Program-made: the position numbers and the translations under genes | Origin: Cenarchaeum sp. | GTDB taxonomy: Archaea > Thermoproteota > Nitrososphaeria > Nitrososphaerales > Nitrosopumilaceae | DNA length: 64,000 nt | Assembly: GCA_965242695.1 (NCBI GenBank) | Contig: CBDESU010000002.1 | Location: 1,408,001 to 1,472,000, forward strand | Reading direction: 5' to 3' | In this document: positions 1 through 8,759 of the stretch, piece by piece | Layout: each line of letters starts with the position of its first letter | Numbering within the stretch: position 1 is the first letter of the stretch | The notes under the pieces: generated by a model | What the model was told of the DNA's origin: nothing | The model's database searches: none | Seen by the model: only the letters and a program-made list of their open reading frames with translations

Positions 1-464
1 GGCGTAGAACCGCCCCCCTGCTGACTGCCCAGTCGCAGCCCGTGGCAGGACGGCGAAGGGGGCACCAATAAGCCTTGCCATGGCCATGTGATTTTTTTGG
101 CGCACAAAAGGACACCTTGGCCGCAGAACCCAAAGCCGACGCGGGGGCACTGCCCTCCCGCGGCCCCTCCGGCGCCTGCGATGCAGTCCCGTAGCCTCTG
201 CGATGCGAACCGCGTGGTGCGGGATGCCGCGGCAGCGGCATCCGCCGCCCGTTGCGCGCCGTGGACAGATAGTGCGCGCACGGGCTGCGCCTGCGCGCCG
301 GCCGGCCGGCCGACCGACCGAGCTATGCGTGCACCCGCCGCCGACTCGCTGATCGCCTCTGGCGCCTTGGACGCGCGGCTGCGCCGCACGACCAAGCGGC
401 ACGGCGGCCGATTGATGCCTTGGCGATCGGAATGGTTATGAGGGCGGTACGCGCCGTGCCGCAC

Positions 465-1166
465 ATGCAGGCATCGCAGGAGGTACGCGTGGCGGAGCGG
501 CAGGCGGCCCGCGGCGGCGAGGCGGACGCTAGGGCCGAGGCCGCCAGGGCGGAGTTTCGCGACATGTTCGTGTCGCTAGTCGATCCAGCGGGCCTGCTCG
601 ACATGGACAGGTGCTCCGAGACGGCCGGGCGCATGAGGGACGTGGCGTCGGGCGCCGGCTACGCCGCGGGCGAGACGATGGCCGCCGCCCTGTGCGACAT
701 ATTTGCCGGCGCCCGGGACATCGTGAACAGGCCCGTCGAGGACGGTGCCTTGAACTGCACATACGTCGCGTTTCAGAGCATAATGCCGGCTCTGTATGAG
801 ACGGCCGAGGCGTACCGGGACGGGCGCGACTCGGAGCCGGTCGGCGAGCTCGAGTGGGTTCGGGGGTCGATCTCCGACCTCAGGGCCACGGCGGACGCGC
901 GCCGCGAGTACCTCGGGGGGGGGGGGGGGGGGGGGGCCGACCCGCCCGGATCCCGCCTCACGGGGCTGTCGGTGTACCACCGCGGCCAGATGTGCAGGGA
1001 CGTGGTAAGAAAGGAGCAGGAAAGGCTGCGTGCTTGGTTTGCGGCGCAGGGTGATGATCCGGTGTTCCCGCCAAAGTTTGTGTCCATCGACGAGTTCCTC
1101 AGCGAGTTTGGCGACACAAGCATCTCGTCGGCCGAGCTGCTCGACAAATTCAGGGGAAAGTCTTGA
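465..1166 (+). CDS. Large (~233 aa) helical putative antitoxin partner of PIN toxin, copy 1; contains an in-frame G22 tract
   Basis: ATG at 465 matches the paralogue start MQAAQE at 2052. Closely similar to 2052..2738. The C-terminal tail (PVFPPKFVSIDEFL..ISSAELLDKFRG) resembles VapB-type tails. Lies directly upstream of a PIN gene. Confidence 0.7.
   Translation: MQASQEVRVAERQAARGGEADARAEAARAEFRDMFVSLVDPAGLLDMDRCSETAGRMRDVASGAGYAAGETMAAALCDIFAGARDIVNRPVEDGALNCTYVAFQSIMPALYETAEAYRDGRDSEPVGELEWVRGSISDLRATADARREYLGGGGGGGADPPGSRLTGLSVYHRGQMCRDVVRKEQERLRAWFAAQGDDPVFPPKFVSIDEFLSEFGDTSISSAELLDKFRGKS
915..936 (+). repeat. G22 homopolymer inside a CDS
   Basis: 22 consecutive G, read as 7 Gly + Ala. 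The paralogue has AGG GGC GCC at this site. Confidence 0.9.
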
Positions 1167-1176
1167 CGGGCGTACG

Positions 1177-1791
1177 ATGGCTGGGCCGGAGGCGGTGCGG
1201 GACTTGGACGATCGCCCCATCATATACTCCGACACCGGCCCACTCGTGGCATATGCTAGGGGGAAAGCCGACACGCACCACGCCGACGCGGTCAGGGTAT
1301 TCAATGCCGTCAGGCGCAGCGGCTGCTGCCTGATCACCTCGCCGCAGGCCATTGCCGAGACCATAGGCGTTGTGCGCAAAAGAACGGCGGCATCGTACAA
1401 GTACAGGCCTGGCCACAGCGAGGATCTGCGGTACGTGGACGACCGCGTGCACGAGGCTACCTCCGGCGCAACCGGAATCCTCGACAACCTGAACAAGCAG
1501 GGCTTCTTGACAATCATGTACATACCGGACTGGCGCCTAGACCAGATCCGCGTATATTCCAAGATGATCGAGCACCCGGGCCGCACCGTTCCCGGGTGGA
1601 AAAACTTTTGCCGGCACCTCGGGATCGACGCGTGCGACTGGCCCCACTTCGCGTTCGCCGGGGTGCCGGCCATATGCACGACCGACACGGCGTTTGCCGA
1701 CATTGTCGGCAACGATGCCGAGTTCGGGCACCTCAAGGTCCAGCTGACAAGCGCGCCGCTCATCGACCTGCTGTCCGGCGGCGCCGCATGA
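1177..1791 (+). CDS. PIN-domain (VapC-like) ribonuclease toxin, copy 1
   Basis: Four acidic PIN motifs: YSDTG, QAIAET, ACDW, CTTD. The ancestral TTGA-overlap start at 1163 is shifted by a 1-bp deletion relative to copy 2; there is an in-frame ATG at 1177. Has a 9-bp deletion near the C-terminus versus copy 2. Confidence 0.8.
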   Translation: MAGPEAVRDLDDRPIIYSDTGPLVAYARGKADTHHADAVRVFNAVRRSGCCLITSPQAIAETIGVVRKRTAASYKYRPGHSEDLRYVDDRVHEATSGATGILDNLNKQGFLTIMYIPDWRLDQIRVYSKMIEHPGRTVPGWKNFCRHLGIDACDWPHFAFAGVPAICTTDTAFADIVGNDAEFGHLKVQLTSAPLIDLLSGGAA

Positions 1792-2022
1792 CGCGGCTTT
1801 GCGGCGCGCGCGGCTGCGCCAACCCTCTGCAGCGAGGGCAGCCCGTGGACTATGGGCATTTCGCGGCCCCGTTCGCAGTCGATACAAGCCCCGTTGCAGC
1901 CCCCGCCATCCTGCCTTTCTGTGCCCCCCTCGCACGTGCTGGCACCTGTCCATGTGCCGCAATGCCCCGATGCCGACGCGCGGCGCGCCTGCCCCGCGCG
2001 CCACCTTGACGATCCGCACGAC

Positions 2023-2028
2023 TTATAA
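2023..2028 (+). promoter_or_regulatory. Archaeal TATA box (TTATAA)
   Basis: AT-rich box 29 nt upstream of ATG 2052 in GC-rich context; similar spacing recurs at many genes in the window. Confidence 0.65.
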
Positions 2029-2051
2029 CGCCCGCATGTGCCGCCGCGCAC

Positions 2052-2738
2052 ATGCAGGCAGCGCAGGAGGCGCGCATGGCGGAGCGGCAGGCGGCCCGCG
2101 GCGGCGGAGCGGACGCTAGGGCCGAGGCCGCTAGGGCGGAGTTTCGCGACATGTTCGTGTCTCTCGTCGATCCCGCGGGCCTGCTCGACATGGACAGGTG
2201 CTCCGAGACGGCCATGCGGATGAGGGACATGGCATCGGGCGCCGGCTATGCCGCGGGCGAGACGATGGCCGCCGCCCTGTGCGACATATTTGCCGGCGCC
2301 AAGGACATCGTGAACAGGCCCGTCGAGGACGGCGCCCTGCACTCCACGCATGTCGCGTTTCAAAACATAATGCCGGCGCTGTACGAGACGGCCGAGGCGT
2401 ACCGGGACGGACGCGGCTCGGAGCCGGTCGGCGAGCTGAAGAGGATTCGGGATACGGTCTTCCGCCTCAGGGCCACGGCGGACGCGCGCCGCGAGTACCT
2501 CAGGGGCGCCGACCCTCCAGGATCCCGCCTTACGGGGCTGTCGGTGTACCACCGCGGCCAGATATGCAGGGACGTGGTAAGAAAGGAGCAGGAAGCGCTG
2601 CGCGCTAGGTCTGTGGAGCGGGGCGAGGATCCGGTGTTCCCGCCCCCGCCGAAGCACATCGACGAGTTCTTCGGCGAGCCGTGCGACCCGGGCATCTCGT
2701 CGGCCGAGATGGTCGACGACTACAGGGGAAAGCTATGA
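2052..2738 (+). CDS. Large putative antitoxin partner of PIN toxin, copy 2
   Basis: 228-aa ORF, paralogue of 465..1166; ATGA overlap with the downstream PIN gene. Confidence 0.75.
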   Translation: MQAAQEARMAERQAARGGGADARAEAARAEFRDMFVSLVDPAGLLDMDRCSETAMRMRDMASGAGYAAGETMAAALCDIFAGAKDIVNRPVEDGALHSTHVAFQNIMPALYETAEAYRDGRGSEPVGELKRIRDTVFRLRATADARREYLRGADPPGSRLTGLSVYHRGQICRDVVRKEQEALRARSVERGEDPVFPPPPKHIDEFFGEPCDPGISSAEMVDDYRGKL

Positions 2739-3373
2739 CGAGCGTGAAATGGCCGAGGCCGGAGGCGGTGCAAGGGTTGGGCGATGGCTCTTCACTATAC
2801 TCCGACACCGGCCCACTCGTGGCGTATGCTAGGGGAAAAGTCGACATGCACCACACCGGCACGGTCAGGGTATTTGATGCCGCCAAGCGCAGTGATTTTC
2901 GCCTGATCACCTCGCCGCAGGCCATTGCCGAGACCATAGGCGTTGTGCGCAAAAGAACGGCGGTATCATACAGGTACAGGCCGGGGCACGGCGAAGATCT
3001 GCGGTACGTAGACGGCATCGTGCGCGAGGCGGTCGCCAACGCAGTCAAACTCCTCGATAACTTGGTCCGGCAAGGCTTCCTGACCGTAGTGCACATACCC
3101 GGCTGGCACCTCGACCAGCTTCGGATATATTCCAAGATGATCGAGCACCCAGGCCGCACCGTCACCGGACGTGGTAAGTTCTGTCGGCACCTCGGGATCG
3201 ACGCGTGCGACTGGCCCCAGATCGCGTTCGCAGACGCCGCCGGCGCGTCGGCCATATGCACGACCGACACGGCGTTTGCCGACATTGTCGGCAACGATGC
3301 CGAGTTCGGGCACCTCAAGGTCCAGCTGACAAGCGCGCCGCTCATCGACCTGCTGTCCGGCGGCGCCGCATGA
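2735..3373 (+). CDS. PIN-domain (VapC-like) ribonuclease toxin, copy 2
   Basis: YSDTG / IAET / ACDW / CTTD acidic motifs; starts in an ATGA overlap at 2735. Confidence 0.85.
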   Translation: MTSVKWPRPEAVQGLGDGSSLYSDTGPLVAYARGKVDMHHTGTVRVFDAAKRSDFRLITSPQAIAETIGVVRKRTAVSYRYRPGHGEDLRYVDGIVREAVANAVKLLDNLVRQGFLTVVHIPGWHLDQLRIYSKMIEHPGRTVTGRGKFCRHLGIDACDWPQIAFADAAGASAICTTDTAFADIVGNDAEFGHLKVQLTSAPLIDLLSGGAA

Positions 3374-3840
3374 TGCGGCTTCGCGGCGCGCGCGGCTACG
3401 CTAGGACGCCCCGCGGGCGGGCGGCAAAGGCAGAGGTTGATGCGGCTCAAGATTGGAAGCGTCGAGTGATTCTGAATGAGTATCAAGCGCGGCTCTGATG
3501 CCTGACGCCGGGCACCGTCGGGATGGACACTGCCGCTGGGGTACTTGCCACCGGCAGGGCGCCTCCCCTCCGCCCGGGCCGCGCCCAGCGCGGCGTGCCA
3601 CCGGCTGCCCTTCTTCCTTGCGCCGTGTGCTGGACGCGGCCGCGGTTCATGGCCGCCATGCGGAGGGCCTGCGCATGACACATCCTGTACTCGCATGCTT
3701 GTTCTCCCGTTCGCCACCGGCGAGACGGGCCACGCCTCGCCGAGGCGCCCCGCCGCCACCGCCGCCCCCTCCCCCGTGACCGATCTCCCGCAAACCTCCT
3801 TCGGGCGCCCTTTTTATAGAGGGGGACGGGCGGGAACCCA

Positions 3841-4362
3841 ATGGCAGTATGCCGTGTTGTAGTAAAGGTAGAGGCGGAATACAAGGATCGCATCGAGGAC
3901 TGTGTCAAAAGGGCGTACCCGAAGTCGTCTCTGGTGCGCCTTGAGCGGGCGGGCGATGACGCCTATGCCACGTTCCACATAAGGACGCGTGAGACCTGCA
4001 ACTCTGTCGATGCGCGCCTGCACGGCACGAGAGGCATCTCCGTCCTGTCCGTCTCAAGCGTCCGTGCCGAGGTGCCGCCGCGCCTGAGGATGAGGTCGTT
4101 CTGGGTGGTGGCCGCAATGTCTGCGGCGTGGGCGGGGTTCTTCGCCGTTGGCGTTTTTCTCCCTGACAGCCCCCTGCTGGCACTGAACCAGGCGCAGATG
4201 CTAGTGATCCAGATTACCTTCTCCCTTGCGGTGGCCCTAGTCGTGTACACGCGCGATCGCGAGTTCCTTGCCCGCTTGGCGGAGCGCATGGACAAGGCCT
4301 ATTTCCTGGTCCACGAGATCAACGAGCGCATCAGGGGCTTGGGCGAGGGCGGGCGCTGCTAG
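3841..4362 (+). CDS. Membrane protein with N-terminal ACT/ferredoxin-like domain and two TM helices
   Basis: TTTTATA at ~3812. N-terminus has a beta-alpha-beta-beta-alpha-beta pattern. Hydrophobic segments FWVVAAMSAAWAGFFAVGVFL and MLVIQITFSLAVALVVY. Confidence 0.65.
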   Translation: MAVCRVVVKVEAEYKDRIEDCVKRAYPKSSLVRLERAGDDAYATFHIRTRETCNSVDARLHGTRGISVLSVSSVRAEVPPRLRMRSFWVVAAMSAAWAGFFAVGVFLPDSPLLALNQAQMLVIQITFSLAVALVVYTRDREFLARLAERMDKAYFLVHEINERIRGLGEGGRC

Positions 4363-4711
4363 CGCTAAGAATACGCTTGATCTCGTCGTTGAACCGCTTG
4401 GCCACGCCGTGCACATCGGCGATCATGTCCCTGTCCCAAGTGACGCCGCTGGCCATGTCGGCCTTGAGGCGGAGTTCGTACAGGTAGCCCAACCTGTCGC
4501 CCAGCCTCCGATCCATCTTCTGCACAAAGCACATGGCGATGCCGTGCAGCCTGTCGTCGTCGGGCACGGCACTTCCGAGGTACGGCTTCACCGTCAGCAA
4601 TGAGGAATAGTAGCACCTGCTGACGGCTGCTCTCACTCCTGCCTCGTTACTCATCCCTTTGTCCCCGTGGATTTTCACAGCGATCTTGAGGTTCTCGTCG
4701 GGGTCAAACAT
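4331..4711 (-). CDS. HEPN domain protein
   Basis: Motifs AAVSRCYYSS and LYELRLKAD match the SRxYYA...LRxxADY HEPN signature; 126 aa; 8-nt overlap with the upstream gene. Confidence 0.75.
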   Translation of the reverse strand: MFDPDENLKIAVKIHGDKGMSNEAGVRAAVSRCYYSSLLTVKPYLGSAVPDDDRLHGIAMCFVQKMDRRLGDRLGYLYELRLKADMASGVTWDRDMIADVHGVAKRFNDEIKRILSASSARPRPSP

Positions 4712-5366
4712 ACCTGCTCCCCAAGCTTATGAAGAACCGGCTGTCGATGCCCCTCATCTCGTCCCCGCCGCCGTCCCGAAGCGGCACGATGCGCTCGTCC
4801 ACTATGCGGCGCATTTCGCCCCACGCGTCAATCTTTGCATCGATGCCGCGATCGGAAAACCACACTGTGAGGGTGATGGGAGTCCACTGCGAGCCTTCGG
4901 AGCGCTCGTCGATCGTGTATTTTTCGACGCCGAGCCTCGTAGCGCGCGGCGATCGGCATGCACGGATCACCGCGTCGACAAACCTCTCGTACGCGGCGCT
5001 GCCGCTGACCCTCTCTCTGAGCGCCGCCCCCACTTCCACGTCTGGCACGGCGCCTGGCTGGGCGGCCTTGTAGAGGAGCGCAACCATTTCCTTCCATTCT
5101 GCATTGTTTGTGACGTGGCGGTGGGGGACATACAGCGACGACGACATGTCATCAAAAACGGTGTCGGGTGTATCGCTTGGTGGCGCGGCGCGGATGTGCC
5201 CATGATCCCGCCCGACGCTTTTTCGCAATTCGCTTCCTGACCTCCAAGGGACGCGCGAAGTAGCGCTAGGGCCCATTGCACTTGCGACGGGAGCGCATGT
5301 GTCGCAGTTAGGATCCTCCTCGCCCCATACCAGGGCAAGCCCCGTAGAGGCGGCGCGGCTAGCCAT
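4704..5366 (-). CDS. Hypothetical HEPN-adjacent protein (possible degenerate antitoxin partner)
   Basis: 220-aa ORF overlapping both neighbours by 8 nt. Its C-terminal ~130 aa recurs at 8834 and 13343. Confidence 0.65.
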   Translation of the reverse strand: MASRAASTGLALVWGEEDPNCDTCAPVASAMGPSATSRVPWRSGSELRKSVGRDHGHIRAAPPSDTPDTVFDDMSSSLYVPHRHVTNNAEWKEMVALLYKAAQPGAVPDVEVGAALRERVSGSAAYERFVDAVIRACRSPRATRLGVEKYTIDERSEGSQWTPITLTVWFSDRGIDAKIDAWGEMRRIVDERIVPLRDGGGDEMRGIDSRFFISLGSRYV

Positions 5367-5976
5367 CCACTACACCGTCCCCGAACTTGTCGCGCATGGC
5401 CTTGATTTCGACCTTTAGGGCGTCTATCCCAGACTGGATGTCCCTCACAACGGCCTGCGCGTCTGCGAGGCTCATCTGCATCTTCACCGGGCGCTCCGGA
5501 GCGCGCCCGCCCTCGTGGACGAGGCAGTCGACGACCAGTAGCGGGACAAGGCGCTTGATCGTCGAGTCCGAGGACAGCGGCCTGAATTCGGTGTAGACGC
5601 TGAAGCGCCCGATGTGGGGATGGCCAACGCTGCCGATGGTGCTGAGGGTCAGGTTCTCTTTCATCTTGTCGGCGTCGGCCGCACCGCGCATTTTCTCGGC
5701 GATGCGGGACAAGAGGGCACGCTTGTCGCCGTCGTCCAGGCCCGCGCCAGAATCCACGTCGCGACGGGCCCCGTCGTTGATCTTGGTCATGAGGAGATCC
5801 AAGTAAAGCCTGGCAAGGCGGTCAAGATCGGCGTCGGTAAAGGACTGGCCAATAATCTCCCTCATCTGCCCGAAGTCGGGGCGGTGTAGCAAGAGGCCCT
5901 CGTCGAACATCTCCGCAAGCCGCTCGGCCTGCTCCTGCGACAGCCTGCTGAAGATGCGGATGCCCCTGCTGTCCAT
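5359..5976 (-). CDS. Hypothetical protein, COMM-domain-like architecture
   Basis: Helical N-terminal domain followed by a beta-beta-beta-alpha tail (FSVYTEFRPL..LVPLLVVDCLV..VKMQMSLADAQAVVRDIQ). TTTATA on the minus strand at 5999-6004. The COMM assignment is an inference. Confidence 0.6.
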   Translation of the reverse strand: MDSRGIRIFSRLSQEQAERLAEMFDEGLLLHRPDFGQMREIIGQSFTDADLDRLARLYLDLLMTKINDGARRDVDSGAGLDDGDKRALLSRIAEKMRGAADADKMKENLTLSTIGSVGHPHIGRFSVYTEFRPLSSDSTIKRLVPLLVVDCLVHEGGRAPERPVKMQMSLADAQAVVRDIQSGIDALKVEIKAMRDKFGDGVVDG

Positions 5977-6464
5977 GCCCCGTGCCGCTCCACGGCGCTA
6001 TAAATCGGTGTCGGCCGCAGCGGGTGCGCCGGCGCGGCACCTTGGAGGGATCAGGACGGTTCCCTAGCGGAGGCGGCCCGCTGGCGCCTTGGCACGCCTA
6101 GATTGCGGCGCATTCCGCCTCGCGCAAGGCGCCCACTGCCGGCGACAATGCAGGGGCGGGCGCAGCGGAGATCACGGTGGGGCGGGCGCAGGCCTTCATG
6201 CCTGTAGATGCGCCGCCTGCCGGCGCTGCCTGCAGCTCGGGGTTCCTCATACGGGCGACCCGCTAGCAGCGGACTAGCCATCTGCTCTTGGGATTGCTGG
6301 ACATGGTGGGTCCTCCACGAGATGTATGCTCGGGGCACGAGCCGTTCCTGCCAAAAAATACCCTGCGGCGGTCCAGAGGCCGCCGAGAGCGGCGGCGCAC
6401 CCGCGTTCGACCCCTGCCGCCTTGACCCTGATGGTCTATAAGATCGGCGCGCGCCGCGCCGCAC

Positions 6465-6562
6465 GTGCGGGCATCGCAGCGCATGGCGGAGCAGCAGGCC
6501 GCCGGCGGCGGCGCCGGGGCCGCAGGCGCCGAGGCCGCCGCGGCCAAGCGGGGGGGGGGGGG
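6465..6562 (+). pseudogene. 5' remnant of the large PIN-partner gene family, ending at a G13 tract
   Basis: VRASQRMAEQQAAGGGA...AEAA aligns with MQASQEVRVAERQAARGG...AEAA. TATA-like CTATAA at ~6436. Similarity stops at G13 (6550-6562). Confidence 0.5.
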
Positions 6563-6768
6563 TGGCGGGGCGATGGGGCCGGAACAGATCTCTAGCCGAT
6601 CCGAGGGCGGCGCGGCGGGGGTCGCCGCCGATGGGTCTCTTGCACCCGTCCCTGCGACCCTCGCCCGCCGCTGTTGGGCGTCGCCTGGCCTGTCGGCCTG
6701 TGCGCATGCTCTGCAAACGACGCTGAAGGGACGCAGTGTTATATACAACCGGCGTGCGCTGCGGCACA

Positions 6769-6984
6769 ATGGCTGAATCGAATTGGTCCGACGAGGACAC
6801 GCGCATCTGCGATGCGGCCATAGCCAGTGGCAAGGCGATCAGCGTAGCCACTGGCAGGCCGATGACGTTCAAGGAACTCCAGGCCCTGCACGACGAGTAC
6901 GGCAGGGTCAGGGGCAGCGTAGACCCGGAGGCCTTTGTCAGGGAGCGCGTTCGAACCGAGCCGTTTGGCAACTGGGCCTCTTGA
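6769..6984 (+). CDS. Small hypothetical protein (71 aa, antitoxin-sized)
   Basis: TTATATA at 6739-6745, 30 nt before the ATG; protein-like composition; TTGA overlap with a following short ORF. Confidence 0.6.
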   Translation: MAESNWSDEDTRICDAAIASGKAISVATGRPMTFKELQALHDEYGRVRGSVDPEAFVRERVRTEPFGNWAS

Positions 6985-7181
6985 GGCGTCCGATGCCCCT
7001 GCCAGGGCATTCTGTCACTTTTTACAGCCGCAGGCTGCTCGTTGACCGCCGTGCAGACATGCTGGAGACGGGCATGCCACCTGTCGCCGCGTGCCCTACC
7101 GGAGATCGCAAGTACGTGGAAATTGACAGGTGCCGCGTGCACTTTCGCGGCCACGTGCTCCCCGACATCGGCTTTGCCTGA
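6981..7181 (+). CDS. Short ORF coupled to the 6769 gene (possibly truncated)
   Basis: TTG start overlaps the upstream stop; 66 aa; no family recognised. Confidence 0.3.
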   Translation: MRRPMPLPGHSVTFYSRRLLVDRRADMLETGMPPVAACPTGDRKYVEIDRCRVHFRGHVLPDIGFA

Positions 7182-7413
7182 TGCCGAGGGCCGCGCTCGG
7201 CGCCCGGCGGCTTGGCACCTGCGCCCCCCTGAAGCCCGATGCCGCTTGCCCCTCCACACTCCGATGTATTCTCGCAGGATGCCGAGGCGGCCGCGTGGCG
7301 GGGCGGCCGTACAGGCCCGATGCCGTCCCGCGCGCTCGGGACGCGGCTCCCAAAGGCGCCGTCCCGCGTGCCGGTCAGGGGAGCACCGCGCGCAGGGGAA
7401 GCGCTCCACGCGG

Positions 7414-8151
7414 CTAGGCGGCGGCAGCTGCGCGCCCGGCGGTGGCCTTGGGCTCGATCAGGCGGCGCACAATCCAGGCGGCGTGGCGGGCCTCGCGGCG
7501 TCGGCCTCGGCATGGCTGCGGTGCCCTGCAACGGCGCTCGCAGCCGAGGCGCGGCCGGCGCCGCCCGGCCCAGTCGAAAAAGAGGGCGCCGTACGGCGCA
7601 CCGCGGCTATCCAGCATCGGTGCGGCCGGCGCGCGCCATGTCTCTAGGCCGTACGCCGCGAAGGCATAATTGGCGCGGGCCTTGTCGTAGCCCGGATTGT
7701 TATATGACATGCCGTCCAGCTCGATCGCAGCCATCTCGGACGGCGCGAGGGGGCCGCGGCGGGGCGGTTCAAAAACCGCTATGAAGTCGGCGACCATGTG
7801 GATGCCGGCGGACACGTGCGGATTGTAGATCTTGACCTGCGGGTATAGCGTCCATTTATGACGACAGAACTCGGGCCCTACTATACAGGCGAAGCATCTC
7901 TCGTTCCAGTTCATCGACTCGTCGGCGCCAGGCTTGACGCTGGCCCGCAGGCGTACATGCGTCAGGGGTGCAAGGGTGCCGCTGCGGCAGGGACATATGC
8001 GATCGCGGCATTTGTAGCGCGGGCGGCGTGTGTCGGCGGCTGATGTGAGGAGCGCTTGGCGGCCGCCGCCGGCGGCGCGGGGGCCCAGCGCCGGTCGTTC
8101 GGAGGTTGCCTGATGCGGCAGCGCATGCCTTGTTGCAGTATGCGCCGCCAT
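7414..8151 (-). CDS. DUF559 / Vsr-like PD-(D/E)XK endonuclease-fold protein
   Basis: YPQVKI...VADF...AIELDG.SYN...DKAR...YGLETWR matches the DUF559 pattern, with Tyr in place of the usual His after ELDG. Start is uncertain. Confidence 0.55.
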   Translation of the reverse strand: MAAHTATRHALPHQATSERPALGPRAAGGGRQALLTSAADTRRPRYKCRDRICPCRSGTLAPLTHVRLRASVKPGADESMNWNERCFACIVGPEFCRHKWTLYPQVKIYNPHVSAGIHMVADFIAVFEPPRRGPLAPSEMAAIELDGMSYNNPGYDKARANYAFAAYGLETWRAPAAPMLDSRGAPYGALFFDWAGRRRPRLGCERRCRAPQPCRGRRREARHAAWIVRRLIEPKATAGRAAAAA

Positions 8152-8759
8152 TTCCCATGATGTCGGTTCGGGCGGCGCAGGTGGCGCAGCGGGACGGGGC
8201 CATTAATCCGGCGGGCCGGTGGCGCGTCACATAAGCGCTGGGCCGGCGGGCCGGCGGACCGGCGGAACCTGTGCACTCGGGCCGCCTGCCTGCGGGTTGA
8301 TTGCGGCACGCGTCTATGACGATCGCACGCCGGGCCGGCCTGCGGGCCTGCGATCTTGCGGCCGGCCTGCCGGCCTGCCGCCCGCGCCGCTGCCCCTGCA
8401 CATGCATCTGCCTGCTGCCGGGCTCTCGCCGCGAGGGCCGCGGCCGCGAATGCGGCAGCGGCCTTGATGCCGCGCCGAGCGCAGTCCACGCATTCGCCGC
8501 CGCGGCCGCGGGCGCCGCCCTTGCATCGACCTTCCCAGCAGCACATCTTCGCTTCCCGCCCCGCTCGCGCCTGCCCGTGCTGTTGCGGCCGCCGCCTCTG
8601 CCGCCTCGGACTCGGCCGCGGCCCGCATGCGCGCCCGATTCGCCACGCTGCGGCCCCCCTGCATCGCATGCCCGAACCGTCCCGCGCCCGCGCAGCGGTC
8701 GGGCGGCCGGCGCGCATGCCCCGCCGCGCGGCGCCGCGGCCCTGTCGCCGAGGGGCCCA

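Noticed and set aside
576-2657. 693-aa minus-strand ORF and other long Arg/Ala/Pro-rich ORFs (e.g. 17157..19463, 17209..19137, 29987..32035, 42082..43659, 53396..55189)
   Set aside because: Shadow frames caused by high GC; they overlap better-supported genes and show no motifs.
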